A stretch of DNA of 64,000 nucleotides from the human T2T-CHM13v2.0 reference genome, Homo sapiens. The stretch is taken from assembly GCF_009914755.1 (NCBI RefSeq), contig NC_060930.1; one strand, 5' to 3'. Shown here in pieces: positions 29,489-45,402 of this stretch (the first letter of the stretch is position 1; each line of letters begins with the position of its first letter). The translations under genes and the position numbers were made by a program. Under the pieces are notes generated by a model that was not told the DNA's origin, made no database searches, and worked only from the letters and a program-made list of their open reading frames with translations.

Positions 29489-31264
29489 TAGGAGCTGATA
29501 ATTTTGTGCCTAGTGACCCAGATATCTTTCTACCAGGGTTTCCTTTTGTGCAAGAGATTAGTAATAATGTGAGAAAAGCATCTGGCCTATGATAACAATA
29601 ATCCAATAACAATAGTAGTAATAATAATTTGTTGAGCACTTTTCTGAAGACACCATGGAATACTTACTTCTTAAATGGGCAGCAGGAGCCTGACTGCCCA
29701 AGTGAGTATCCGGGTTTTTTCATGAACACCTAGGAAACTTTAAGAAAATTGCTTCACTTCTATGTGCTTTAGGTTCTCTTCTTTATGAAATGTAGCTAAT
29801 CACCTACAACAGTATCTGGACCACAGGTAAGTGCTTTATAAAATCTGCTGTTATCATTTTTACTGCTTTAGGTATAATTATTAATGATATTTTATAGACT
29901 CTTAATGAGAAAAAATAAATTTATATATAAAGTACTTAAAACAGTGTCTTGCATGTTTTAAGGACTTCACAAATGTTAGTACAATTTACCTGTATTCTTT
30001 AATTCCCTCAACAGCTGAATTAGGTGGGAACTATTATCAGGTGTAATTTCTATTAGGTATAAGACAGGTGGTAGCTATTAATATAATATCAAAATCAGTT
30101 TTAACTTGCACCATTTTGTCCATAGGAGCTTTTATTAGTCTCATAAGTCACTATTTACCTGAGGATTGGCACATATGTATTTTAGTGCAATATCATACAT
30201 TTAATCATTGAGGCAGGGTTGGAAACTTACTATCCTGGCTTAAAATAGGTCAAATTATGTCTGCAATCAAGCAAGACATTTTTACTGAGAAAAAGTTGGC
30301 TGAGATTTTGAAAAACAGTATAATTCCTGTGTGACATATTCCTTCCATCAAAAATCATCTACATTAATGGTTGTCTAGAGATACTGCCAACTATTCCAAT
30401 GTATCTCAGGTCTTGCAAATTCATATTTGTGAATATTTTGAAGTTGATTTATGTTGATATTAATCCCCCATGTTTTGCTGACCAACTCAGGTCCTTTGAC
30501 TCTTGTGATATTCTCCTCTCAACCATTTTCTGAATTCCTTGGGACCCAGGACACAGATTTTGAGCATCATTCTTCTACTAATGAGCTGTATCATTAAATG
30601 GTTATTCCTCTTCAATCACCAACACTTTCAGGACTCAGGTGTCATTAGCAACTGGTTGAAGACCTTGATTAACAAAACTCTTTTGTAGTTTTGAGGTCTA
30701 TAATGAGAGATATTCATATCTGGTTAACAAATGGCTGTTTAACAGACCTCTGTGGCCCCATTTGGGTTACTTTTCTTGCTTCAGCTTCAATGCATTGCTG
30801 TTCTTACCCCCAAAGATACAATACTTTTGTGCAAACAGAGTGTTCTGTTCATCTTTATAGCCATTTCCCTAAGGCTCACGCACAAGCACTTGGAGGTGGG
30901 TTAGGGAAGCCAACTTACAAATAAACCCTATGCTCTCAGTTCAACACTCTTCAGATGATGTAGCCATTTAACTGTCCTACACAAAATGCTTGTAAAAATC
31001 TACTAGATTCAAAAACATTTCACTGGACACCAAATAGTGATAACCATGTTTGAATCTCAGCCTTGGCCAAGGCTTTGTCTAAAGCTGAGCATTATTTCAG
31101 TGAATAAGATGTTATTTGGGGGATAAAAATATATCAGTTTTTATATTTAAAAATTATGTTGCCATTATGTATGAGGCTCAATGGAATCATAAACAATGTA
31201 CACATCACCCAAACACGTTGCAATAATGCAGTATTTCTATAGTTCCAAGTTTCTGGTATTAGTC

Positions 31265-31420
31265 TGTGCATTTAAATCCTAGCTGGGTAACCATGGGAAA
31301 GATACTTTCTGCATCTCAATTCCTTCATCTTTAAAATGGGATTAATAATACAAATATATCTTATAGAAGGTTTTATAGAAAGAAACTTAGCATATGGTAA
31401 GTACTCAATAAATAATAGTT
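31265..31420 (+). mobile_element. MIR SINE
   Basis: ttaaatcctagct, ctcaattccttcatctttaaaatgggattaataata, gtaagtactcaataaat. Confidence 0.75.
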
Positions 31421-33069
31421 ATTATGATCACTATATTATTAACATATTTATTTCCTCCAAAGCCTTGCATATACTGTAAAAGTTGTTTGTAATTTTCGCT
31501 TGCTCTTGTCTGAATGAAATATAGTGAATGATAAAATATGTTAATATAAACACTAACAAATTTTGTCACATAATTTATAAGTAAATTACTTGTGACAAGC
31601 CAAAACAATGATGTGGCCATGTGTTAACCCATGATGGTATCCATATTAATACTTGGTAAACAATATGTTACCAAAGAGCAAATATTTAATGATTTGATAT
31701 TATAGTAACAAGAAACATCTATATATGCATACAAAGTCTGAATATATATGATTTTATAGCAGTGTTATATATAGGAAAGGAGTGTCTTGATTATTTTTAA
31801 TCTTTACCTTTTATATATTAACACAATTTTTCTGTCTGTATTATAAGTAATCAGAAAAAAACCTATTTTAAGTTAAAAAGAGAGATATATGAGTATATTT
31901 GAGCTAAAATGTTCTATTAGCTTATTTATTCTAATTTTTCCAAATGCATGTGAAGAAAGAAATAATCTTGTCATAATTAAAATTTCAGTGAAATAGGAAT
32001 AAAGTTATTTTAGTAGTAAATTTGCATTTTACATCAAATATGGTAATGTAACATGGCTGTACCTGTATGTTTAAGACACCTTTAAAGATGAGCTATTGAG
32101 TTTGACTTAAAAAGAATAAAGTGGAAATACATGAGCTTATGAATTTATTGGAAACTTGATAATGTAATCCACATTTGCAGGAACCTATTTTTCTTTTAAT
32201 CAGTATGTTATTTATTTTCTGTTTTATATACTGTAAACTGATTTATGCCTTTTTTAAGTATATTCAAGTGGTGGTGATTTTCAATCGGCCCCTAAGTTTT
32301 CTTCGTTACCAAATACCTTTTTCAAATAAAAAAAAAATGACAATGATTTTCCCCTTAGGACTTCGAGAAACTCTCACAAATACAAACTTAGATTGTGCTC
32401 GACAATCTAGGGCGATATTTTTAATCTTGAGGGAAAAAAAGATACTCTGTTGATATTTTCTGGATCATAAAATAAAAAGAGTATGACTTTTATGCTGAAG
32501 TGTTTGGCAATCTTCATAGTCATCTTCTAAGAGACATTTAAACACATATAAAAGGGATGCAAAATCATAAAAATACAATAATCACTACATTGTATTCTTA
32601 GCTGAAATGAGTGTAATAACACAGCATGGCTACAGAATTGCTTTGAAATATTCTCCTCTGAATAGATTTTACAAGAATTACCAAAAGAAATAACTTGCAT
32701 CTCAGTATAATACTGTCTATGGGGAACATTTTCTAAGACTGTTTTATGCGCGACTCAGTTCCGGACACAGGTCTTTGTAATACTTTCAATAGCTATCTTC
32801 TACAGATAGGGAAAGAGACTCTTGACAAGAAATTTAGCCAAATTTTATTTTAATAAGATTTGAAAAATTTAATTTAATGAAAAATATAACTATATAAAAT
32901 AGATTATATTTTTTATTATTTAAAACAATTGAAAAATAAGTAAATAAATAAAATAAAAAATTAGAAAGTGATGCATATTTGATTTGATGATTTGGGTTAA
33001 TATAATGAGGATTTGCATATTAGGCTAGCATTCCTATTTTAATTTAAATGAAAGTCTTCATTATTTCCC

Positions 33070-33955
33070 CAGACACCAACTCAGTACAACCAACCAAGGT
33101 GCTCAAGCCAAACACTTAGGCATCATTGCTGGTAACATCTTTCTCCATCCCCCAAATAGTTAAGCCATCAGCAAATTCCATTAATTTTACCACAAAAATA
33201 TATCCTGACTGTTTGCTTTCATAGCTAACATCACCTCCCTGATCCAAGCTTTTGTCATCCTCTGTCATCACACACCATCTGAAATAGTCCTCTGCCGGCT
33301 TTCTCTGCTTCTATTTTTCCTTCTTTATAATTTATTCCCAGGATGTTATTTTAAAATTTACATGAGATGATAAAATTTAGCCCTCTCTAAGCAATCACAT
33401 TTAGAATGAAATCTGTATTTTCTGTTTGGTAAATTAGACCAATTTGAACTAAATCATGCCTACATCTCTAGCTTTGTTTTCCAATTCTCTGTCTCTTTCT
33501 GTTTCTCTCTGCTTCTTTCTGTTTCTCTCCTGTTCACCCTCTCCTCCAGTCTTATACTCAAGTTGCAGTATTATTGTTTTATGTTCTTCTAACTAGCAAC
33601 ATTTGTTTCTTCCTCTGAAACCTTGGATTTGGTTGTTGCTATTGCTTGCAACATTCTTTCACTAAATATTCCTATCCTGTCACCTAAAGTGTTACCTTCT
33701 CAGAGAGGTCTGTCTCACCACCACCTGTTAACTAGGAAATCTCCCATCTAGTCCCACTTTATTTCCAACTGGATATTTGTCAGCACTAGATTTGGGGGCA
33801 TATTTTTGTTACCTTCAAACAGACGTGTAAAATTTGAGGACTAGAGACTCTTTTTTATTTTTCTTCTTTTTCTTTTTCACCATTGTGTATGCTAAGGACT
33901 TAAGGAAGTGACTAACATAAAGCATATGATGTGCTAAGTGACTGTATGGAGTATG
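33070..33955 (+). mobile_element. L2 LINE fragment
   Basis: tgctcaagccaaacacttaggcatcatt, ccatcagcaaattcc, gatccaagct, tgttaccttctcagagaggtct. Confidence 0.75.
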
Positions 33956-34489
33956 AGCACAAAGTTTAGAGCTGGTAGATAGAAAACATCCAGAGGTAGT
34001 TCACAAGATTTCAAAGTAAGTGATCTTTAGTTTTACTAAAAAATTAAAACTGGATTTAAAATTGAAGATGTCCCATCTTTTATAACATGTTACAAATAAG
34101 TTTTTTTTAATCTTACTATAGCAAGATGAGTAAAAGCTTACTAATTAAGGAAAGCAAAATTCTCACTGCCAAGGGCAGGCTACTCCATTTTTCTTTGGAT
34201 TGACTATTCTTAGAGCAAAAAGTATTAAAAAGAAAGTGCTATTAAACTTTATTATGTACATGTCCTGCTGAAACACTAAAATAACACCCCTAAAAACACC
34301 ACCAATCATTTCTGCCATCCTATTTCAATTTTTATCTTCATTTATTTCTACTTTAGATAATAATTACTCTTAGATTTGTTAAATATTTTATTTCACTACT
34401 ACATTTTTGTTTTGTTACACATTTCTATTTTCCAGAGCTAAAATATTTAATTATTTATTTAAAAATTTCCTCTTATATTTCTATTTACA

Positions 34490-34716
34490 TACATATTAAA
34501 AAATATGTAGAGAATATATATAGAAGAAATAAAAATATATATAAGATATAAAAGATATGATATATAAAGAAGACATAAAATATATATATCCTTATATATA
34601 CACCCTACTATAGATACAGATATACATATATAGAAGATATATTATGTATCTTCTTACATATGTGCCCTATTATAGATCTATATAGAAGATGTATATCGCA
34701 CAGTATATACATGTAT
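34490..34716. repeat. (TA)-rich degenerate simple repeat
   Basis: Repeated atatata(g)aaga motifs. Confidence 0.75.
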
Positions 34717-34729
34717 AACAGAGCGGGCT

Positions 34730-35330
<601 letters not shown>

Positions 35331-37542
35331 TCTCCTTGGAACTATAATTGCTAATTCTTTGACCTTGTTCTTTATTTGCTATGCACAGCAGAGCACACTG
35401 GGTATATTTCATATTGGGAAGAGTGAGGGACCAATTATCACAGGCCAGGGCAAGAACAACTCTTTCCCGAATCACTTATGCTCTATATGCAACTCAAATG
35501 CCAGAACTTTAAAGGAGTAAGCCAAGCCAGGATGAATTTCTAGAGATAGGCATTAGTAAGCTAAATAATGGATGAATATAATGTAGTTTTAATGAAACCT
35601 GTTAAAGTTTCTAAAATCATTAGCAAAATAATTGCTCAAGTTAGTCCATAAATAAAAGAATAATGATTTTCTTCCTTTGGTAATATCAGGAAAAGAAGAA
35701 AAATGTGACTTACAAAACACATACACCACATGCATGAGCACATTTAAATGGTAAGAGCAGGATGCATCATTTGTGTGGTGAGAGCAGGATTTATACATAG
35801 ATAGGATCTATCATATTTACACATTAAAGAATAAATGCAAGATTGCATTACACGTGGAGGCTTCCTCATTTTTAACTTTTTAAATAGAGCATATTAATTT
35901 ACATCATTTCAGACGAAGTATCACCAGTTACAAAATAAACAAACTTCAGGGAAAACACATGAACACATATATATTAAAACCTAGTTTTTAAACAATAACA
36001 TGACTATATTTTATATTCTAAATGCTTCCAACTTCTTTTTCATGAGATGCCATTTTATTTGACAAAAGGTGCAGATAAAAGATCTCATCAGATTTCTAGA
36101 CTGGCTAGGAGACTTACTACTGTGAAAAGCTATAAACTCTGTATTGCATGTTAGCAGTTCAAGTATTACTTTGAATTACAACATTTTCAAAAGCGGACAA
36201 AAATCTAATGCAGTCTTTTTGTACTAGAGTCACTCTAGTAATTCTCAGAAATATTTTCTGGAGGGCAGATAATGTAGTGTGGTTAAAAATTTTGGACCAA
36301 GGACATAATGATTCCTCCCTGGCATTCAGGTATTAAACATGAATTATAGAAAGTGATTATCCCTGTCACCTTGCCTGAAGTAATGATGTTCTGGTTTTTA
36401 CAGGGCTATCAAAAACCTGCTGTGTCAGAAATGAGTATGATTTCAGACTATTACCAAGCACACAGATGTAAGGTATTGATTCAAATCATACTATGAATAT
36501 CACTGAAAACATGTAAAGCTAATTTAGACTTTTATACCAAATGTTTACATTTGAAATTAAAAATAGTGTTTACACTTTTTTGATATTTTTTATTGTCTGG
36601 GTCACTTTGGACAAATTCTAAGCAAATGAAATAAATGGTATGAGGTTAGGGGAAAAAAGCGCTTATTAACTAAGTTGCTTAAATCACTCAGACAATAGAA
36701 GGTAAAAATCCCTTAAATTACCCCAGAAATGGAGGTAAGGAACATAACAAAAATAATGTATCCTTGGTTGTATAACAATTATTTCCCTGATATATTAGTC
36801 ATTCCACAAAAAATAATGATTGTATATACTAGAAGTTAATAATTTCAAAGCAAGATTTGTAAATATTTGTGACTTACAAATAAATCCTTTAGAATTATTT
36901 TTGGACACATAATTGTTATGGGTTTTCAATTGTTGTCTCACCTTATTTTCAGCATTACCTTTTTTTTAATTTAATGAAGATGCTATTGGGTTATTCGGTT
37001 TAAAAATTACTGTGATATTCAAATGTGTTTCACCATATTCCCAGCAAGAATAAAGGCATATATCCTTTCAATAAAAATAATAAATGTATGCTTATTCCTT
37101 GTTGTGAGGAAGCAGTTTTGCCTCACCTCCACAAAAACATGCTTATAAAATGTCACAGCTTAGACTGCACATACCTGGTTAAAAAAGAATTATGTGACCT
37201 AGAATCTGTCCATGAATGAGTTATGGGATGATAAGGGCCAATCCTGGGAAAAGAGAATTAAACTATAATGCCTTCAAAATCCTTCTTTATTTTTCTTTCC
37301 TTTCCAAATGGAAATAGGATTTGAGACTTGAATGTTTAGAAAGACATTGCCAAGTTTTTTTTTTCCTTTCTTCCTTGTGAAAAACTACTTGTTTCCATGG
37401 TTGAGAGGATAGCTCAAGAGAATCCGTAAGAATAAGAACTATTCCTTTGAAACAGGACAATTAATCAGGAAAATGTGTCATTCTTATAAATTAGTCCATT
37501 CAGTTGAAAACCCATTTAAATAGTCCAGAGTTAAACAACCTG

Positions 37543-38803
37543 GTATTAGGCCAAATAATGGCCCCAAAAAATACATGTCCACATTCTAATCTCCAGAAAT
37601 TTTGACTATTACCCTATATGCACAAAAGATGTGATTAAGTTAAGGATATTTCCAGGATAATATTTTCCTCCCCACAATGAACCCCCGTTTTGAAAGCCCT
37701 CAGCTCAACAGGAGTTCTAGTACCAGAGCAGCTGGCAATCCTACCCTACTGGGAAATGCGAGGGACCTAGACATGGGTGTTCACATGTACCTATCACAGG
37801 AAAGTTCCCTTACCTGGCACACAGCTTAATGTGTAGTTGTCCAAACCAAGAACAGGGGGTCTGTCAAGTGACACACTTGCTTATACTGGCAGACACTCCT
37901 GTGATATATGTCTGACCTGTGTTCTGTTTATCCTGTCTGACCATCGCTCTGACACTTGGATCCTGACTTCGTGTTCCTCCTGATATCCTGGGGAAAACCC
38001 AGCCTGGGGTAGCCCCTAGTTCTTCAAATGAAAGCCACAAATTCAATGCACCACAACAGGAAAGAAGTTCAAATATTTTACTTTCAGATTCTGGGTAAGG
38101 AGGACATAATGTGTCTGTAGAGAAGTCATTGGTCCCTGGGTCACATGAGGCAGGAATGGAGTCAGGCAAGGAGAGAGAAGTTTTTGGCAGGCAACTTGTG
38201 GTATGTATAATAGAATGAGGTATTCACTTTAAGTTTGTGGACAAATGCCTGAATGGTAAACTTAAAGGAATCAACAGGAAAGCAAGGAGCCCAGGCTGCT
38301 GGGCTGGAGAGATGCCTCTAAGATCTTATCTCTGGCCACTGGCTTGAGCCATTTGAGTGTGGTGTAGAACTGGAAACCTGTGTCAAGGATGACCAAGTCC
38401 TGCTTCCAATATGAGTTAAACTTGCATTCAAAAAGGATGCAGAGACAACATAGAATTATGAGTTAACTGCAGCCCTCAATCCAATTGCATGTCTTTTTAT
38501 AAGAAACAGGAATGCAAAGTTTTTAGATAAACATACAGAGAAGACACATACAGAGAAGAGGCAGCTATGTGAACATAAAAAAAGAAATTGAAATGATGGG
38601 CCACAAGCCAGGGAACATCTGCAATCACCAGAATCTGGAAGAGGCAAGAAACAGATTATCTCCTAGAGCCTCTGGAGAGAGTATAGCCTTGCTAACATCC
38701 TGGTTTTATATTGCTGGCCTTCAGAACTACAAGAGATTAAATTCTGTCATGTTAAGCTACCCAATTGTGGTAATTTTTATGGCATCCCTGGGAAAGTAAT
38801 AGA
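37543..38803 (+). mobile_element. MLT1C/D MaLR LTR split by an ERVL-type LTR
   Basis: 5' part aataatggcccc..gtccacattctaatc..gatgtgattaagttaaggat; 3' part ccacaagccagggaa, ctggaagaggcaagaaacagatt.tctcctagagcctc, cagaactacaagaga. Confidence 0.85.
37662..38450 (-). mobile_element. ERVL-class LTR (MER54/MER73-like) nested in MLT1
   Basis: gagagatgcctctaagatcttatctctggccactggcttgagccatttg, gtagaactggaaac.tgtgtcaagg, terminal ggatgcagagacaaca. Confidence 0.75.
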
Positions 38804-39417
38804 GTTTGTTACCAGAGGTGGGTTGCTTCTGTATAACAAATCCTAAAAACGTAGAAGTGGCTTTAGAAATGGATAATAAATTAGGGCTCACAAGGAGTGA
38901 GAAGTATGGTAGACTAAGCTGCTATCTTCTAAGAGAATACATAAATAGTCCTGAATAGAACCTTGGTAAAAAATAAACACAAAGGATCTTTTGGTGACAG
39001 TTGAGAGGAAAATGAGGAATGTGTTATTGGAAAATGCAGGAAAGTGATTGTTGACATATAGTGGCAAAAACTTGGCTTAATTTTGTCCTATATTTGGGTG
39101 GAAAGTAGAACTTGTAAGAGATGAACTCGGTTATTTAACGGAGGAGATTTTCAGGCAAAGTATTTAAGGTGTAGCCATGTTTACTCTTGCTGCTTACAGT
39201 AAAATGCAAGAAAAAAGAGATAAATTGAGGAAGGAACTATTAAGGAAAAATTTGTTGGACTCAAATTATTCAGGCAGGAAACAGGCTGATTAAACTACTT
39301 GGGTTCAAATAGCTGCTTCTGCTCAAAAAGCAGTAAAAATAACTCTGAAGGCAAAGAATTGGGCCTAGAAGTATGAGCTATAGGCCCAGAGGGCAGATCC
39401 TAAAGTCATAGGAAATT
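38804..39417 (+). mobile_element. MaLR internal sequence (MLT1-int 5' part)
   Basis: Directly follows the LTR: taacaaatcctaaaaacgtagaagtggctttagaa, aaatgaggaatgtgttattggaaa, tagtggcaaaaacttggct, ctgcttacagtaaaatgcaaga. Confidence 0.82.
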
Positions 39418-39418
39418 T

Positions 39419-39453
<35 letters not shown>

Positions 39454-39552
39454 GTATATATACGTATATATGTGTATATATACGTATATATATACACACA
39501 CACACACACACACCCCACACACACACACGCCCCTAAACGTATATATGCGTAT
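39418..39552. repeat. Compound (TA)/(CA)/(TACG) microsatellite
   Basis: tatatatatata cacacaca cgtatatatacgtatatatgtgtatatatacg cacacaca. Confidence 0.93.
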
Positions 39553-39690
39553 GAAATGAAAATATATAAAATAGAACCTTATTTGGTAGAAAATCATTAT
39601 TAAATTTAACATAAAATTCATTTTTGTGAGGTTATTTTAAGGTCACCATAATATTCAGATATCCTGATCCCCTTAAAGTAATGGCATACA

Positions 39691-40042
<352 letters not shown>

Positions 40043-41766
40043 TCATGTTATAAAAAGGAGCTAAGTTGTGCAGAAGTATCATGTTTGACAAAGCTGTTTT
40101 CTTTGGTTACAATTTGTCCACTTCAATGACTTATCACAAGCGATGCATTTTTATACCATTATGGAAATAAAGTATCAGTCTATGAAAATAGCCAATAGAA
40201 AAGCAGTTTTACATAAAAGTAGTTAAGCATGATCCCTTTGAAATTTTAAATACATTCTTAAATTTTCCAATAATATCTATAGAATTAGTTAATTATATTA
40301 CTCATTTAAGGGCAATAATATTTTATTATCTATATTCATACTTTCTTCCTATGTATGGGGTATATGAAGTGCAAATTTCTAGAAGCACATTGAAAATAAA
40401 TATATAAAATGAATGCCCAGAGGCAACTGTAGATACAGTGTGAAGTACAGAAAGTTTTTCCTTTACAACTTCTCACCAAGAGATGTTTTGTGCCTGTACC
40501 TATGATTGGGTACCAATAGACAGATAATCTATGAATATCATTTTGGCCTTCTTGTCAAAACATCTATCATATTCCTTCCTTTTTAAATGTGTCTATCTTA
40601 TTTCTTCTCGTTCTAGTCCAGTCTTCACTAAGGTGTAAATCAAAATGTCTCTTTCATGGGGTATTTTAAATTTTACTTCAGTCGTTCCAAAAATTGAAGA
40701 ACCATTCAATATTTGTATTCTCTCCACAAGCCCCAGGTTGATAGCATGAAATAAAAGCAATTGTCAAGGGAAAATAAAGAGAATGACAAGAATGTCTCTT
40801 CTTAGTGCTCACTGGACAGGGGCAGAGCCAAAATCAGAACCACTTCTTGGAGAGAATGGTCCAGTTATGTCAAAGTGGGTTATTTATATTTGTTCATAAA
40901 AACTATTACAACTCAAAATAAATTCAATTTAAGACTAGAAGATGAACAAAGAAAAGTTTCATTGAACAGGAGCCAAATGCTCAGGTAAAACAAGATTGTG
41001 AAAATACAGCATCTGATAATCTTTTGATAAGGTTTTATGGAAATATCTCTGCTAGTCATCTAAATAAGCTTTCAAGAAAATAAAAATGTTTCTTATTATT
41101 GATGTATATGAAAAGTCTTCTATTTCCATATTTACCTATATAAAGTTCAATTTCTGTTTAAAATTATAGTGTTGGTTTACTGAAATTATATACAAAAATT
41201 TTCACTTCCTTCACCTTGAAATAAAAAAATATGCAAATTAGACATAGATGAAGACATGGGCAAATAAAAGCCTGCAGTCAGTTTTTACTATTTAGAATTG
41301 TAAAAATGAAAAGAGTGGAATTATTATTAGGGAGGTGTTATTTTTCAAGTTTTTCTAACAAAATCACAAAAACTCCTATTCTAACATAGATAAGACACAG
41401 GAACTTCCTCCCTCTGCACAGGAACTGCCTTCCTGACTATTCACAGTGTTGTATGCAGTGCTATCATGGGACTCTCTCTTACAAGTGTTACATTCTTTAA
41501 TAATAGTTGATGGGTAAAAGAAGAGCTTGTCTTCACTCCTGTTGCCCCACTTTAAAATGTAAATTGAACTTCTTTGGCAATCTAAATTACAAAATTCCAA
41601 AATAATTTAAAATAGCCAGTTTCCAAAGTCTTAGTTTGCTCTTTACACAAAAATATATAATGCAGAGAATGAGAAGAATCCCTAAACAAATATAGATGCC
41701 TTGATTTTTGACAGCTCACCAATTGAATATTTTCATTTTGAATTTCACTGTTGTTTGGCACCCTGA

Positions 41767-42130
<364 letters not shown>

Positions 42131-44207
42131 CATTTTCTTTATTAGAGGAGTATGAGATGGGTGATTGTGAAAGAGAATGGGGAAAAACATGCATGATGAT
42201 TTGACAACAGAATTGTAATGCAATTCAAGTTCAGGAGTGACTAGAAATGAAAGTTAAGAATCTAAAAATTTATTTTCTTAAAACTACTCTTGCCAATATG
42301 TCTCTTGAAAGTTCTTTCTTTACCCAAAGATACATGTACAACTCAATCAGGCTTCTACTCATACAGGGGCAACAGACAGAAAAATCCAGGCAAATGAAAA
42401 CGAGAAGGAGCTAATCAAATAGACTATATAGACGGTTCTGTATTCTCGGAGTATCTCTGTCCAAGAGAGAAAGAAAATGTATTGATAAATAAGTTAAAAG
42501 TTAGCATTTGAGGACCTGATCTTTCTCATTCATTACCATACCTTATCCATTCCAACCCTCAATAACAATTAACTAATAAAAATAAAGTTGCTTATAATTC
42601 TTACTGATATGAAATTCACCTTCATGTATTTTCTTTAATATTCGAGTTAATATTTTATAACCTGAAGTACTAAACTTTAATCATTTAATCTATTTTAGTA
42701 CAGTTTCTATTATATTAATCGAAAGTTTTACTAAAAGGCAAAATATAAGGAATCATCGTTAGGTTTTTAACAAAGTTATATTTAAGTATCCTCTATTAGC
42801 CAAAATATTGTATTAGAAATTTAGTCCAAATATTTTATTAGTAATTGAATAATTAAAGATTTAAAGCATGTATTGGTTTTACAATAAACACTTGATATAT
42901 CATAGGCAATATTCAACTTAGACAAATTTATTATTTTGGAACTGTTATTGTAGATCATAATAAATTAGAATTATCTAAAAAAATAAAGAGAAATTTAGCA
43001 TGGAATTATTTCTTTGTTTCAAACACTAGAGATAAATGCTATAGGTGGTTTGACATACATAGCTGAGGTTGAATATGGATTTTTTATTAATAATTAACTG
43101 AGAAAATATTGGTGGCATGGAGAAATAAATTATTATTCAAGAAAAATATCTATTAAAATAACATGGGGTATAGGAAAAGAAAAAGTTGAAATTATATAAT
43201 ATTGTTCCCTTCCAAAGTTTGGTAAAACTATACATAAAAACCATTATGTAAAATTATGAATGTATTTCAAAAGAGTTGGAGATTTTCTATGAAATTCTAT
43301 GTGGATGCTTCCTTTTGTGCAGATAAAACCTTTGAGAGAAGATTTATCCAAGTAGCTGTTTACTCTTTTAAATAGGGAAAACACATTCCAAATATTTTAT
43401 CATTGCCAAATGCTTGAAGAGTCTGAATATATTAAGAAATATTGTACGTAACATCTTTGGGTCCTCTCTGCTTGTTAGACCATATCCAATCTTGTTGGCC
43501 AAGTGTTTTTTAGAGATTTGTATTGCTCCCTAACTCAGCATAAAAATTACTTCGACCATATGCCTTTGAGAACCTATAGATTTTTTCTCTAGAGAACTGA
43601 AAACCTAATTATTTTCTCAGCACAACTCAATGAGTTAAGAAGAAAATATATGTTTGTTTTTTTATTTAGTCTCTCAAGAGATAGATATTTTGCTTCTTTC
43701 ACATGTGATGATGCTTAATTCATAATGCTTAATTCATAAACTGCACATTCAAATTGTGGTGAATAGTTAATCAATTACCTTGATAACAGAAACAGTGAGC
43801 TTTTTTTCTCAACTTCATGAACCTAAAGTTGAAAGAAAATTTCTATAACATAAATTTCCTAAATTAGAGGCCATATTCTCTAATTAGTTCTGTTAATTAT
43901 TTACTTGGTATCAATTTATTTAATAACCCCATTATGTTTTTGTTGAGTTTTAATAATACTATTTCAGAAAATGCATTAAAAACTTTAAAACTTCTTGGGA
44001 AAGGGAATTGTTTGGTAATAACAGGAAATATTTTGGTGTGTGTGAGTGTGTGTGCATGCATGCATGCATTCAAAATAATAGGGAAGTAGTTTCAAGATAC
44101 ATGTGGGTGACATGACAAAATTAACAGCTGCATAAATATTAATTACTTAGTATTTTCTAATTTATTGTTGCATGTAAATGGTATAAGATTTAAATGGCAA
44201 TAGATAC

Positions 44208-44597
44208 TGCTATGGACTGAATTTCTTCCCGCAAAATTCATATGTTTAAAAGTACTAGCCCCCAGTACCTCAGAATGTAACTGTATTGGAAGACAGAGTC
44301 TTTACAGTGGTAATTAAGTTAAAATGAGGCCATTAGGATGGACCTTAATCCAATACGATTGATGTCCTTGCAGGAAAAAAAAAAAATTAAACATGGACAT
44401 TTACAGAGGAAAGACCACGTGATGACACAGGGAGAAGATAATCATCTACAATCTAAGAGAGAGGTCTTAGAAGAAAACAACCATGCTGAAACCTTGATAT
44501 CAGACTTCTCACATCCAGAACTGTGAGAAAATAAGCTTATATGGTTTAACTCATCCAGTGTGGTACTTTGTTATGGCAGCCCTATTAACCTAATATA
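44208..44597 (+). mobile_element. MLT1B-like MaLR solo LTR
   Basis: tgctatggactgaat..aaattcatatg..cctcagaatgtaactgtatt ... ccagaactgtgagaaaataa..ttgttatggcagccct; 5-bp TSD gatac / aatac. Confidence 0.9.
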
Positions 44598-45402
44598 AAT
44601 ACTGATGGGGAGAATGAAGAAATATTGATATCTATGTGTACATTTTACTGATTTGGCCAAAAATGTATATCTTCTATACTTCATCTATATCCAGGGTGAT
44701 CTAGTTTATTCTTCAAAAAATGTAGAACAAAGATTAATAGAGGATGTTTACATGGTATTTCCTTAACATCAATCCCATTGAAAATGGTTAAAGTTGGCTG
44801 TTGATTTTTTTTGAGTAATGAGAAATAAGTTAAATCTACTATCTTAAATTATAATTTAAAAAATACTGATTATTTTCTTGATTATAACATTCAGTTATCT
44901 GTTGCTCGAAGTATATTTCCTTGAATATTAACAATACATGAGGCTAATAAGTCTAGAATCAATATTGTCCATTTCCTTCATTAAGAAAAGTTACTAATTT
45001 AGAGAAGAGAGAAAAGGAGAAGAAACAACAAAAACAAAATCTTTTGCTTCACCATGCACAGGCAGTCATAATATTTAAAAAATAATTGTAATTATGTTTC
45101 ATATTCCTTTTCATCCTGTGTTACTATCATTAAAAGTAAGCAAATGACTAATCTCTAGAAAGGATAATTTACTGAGGTGCTCTGGGCTATTTTTTTTTCT
45201 TGTTTTCTCTATGTTTATGCCCATGCGACCTATACAGGGTATGTTATGGTAACATTACAGGCCTGTTAGGTCAATATTAAAATTTCTTTTGATTTTTATA
45301 ATTAAAAACTATTTTTATTTTCAACTTTTTGTTTGTAAATATTATTGCTCTAAGATGCTTAGCCTGTAATTTTTTCCTACAGTTGACTTTATTTTGTTTA
45401 CT

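Noticed and set aside
19570-32460. Candidate splice acceptors (19599 ccctgcag, 22845 ttttgtag, 28649 aattcag, 32358 ccccttag)
   Set aside because: No matching donor with a convincing coding frame or recognisable protein; such motifs are frequent in AT-rich DNA
43712-43739. Tandem atgcttaattcata x2
   Set aside because: Ordinary 14-bp micro-duplication with no further structure
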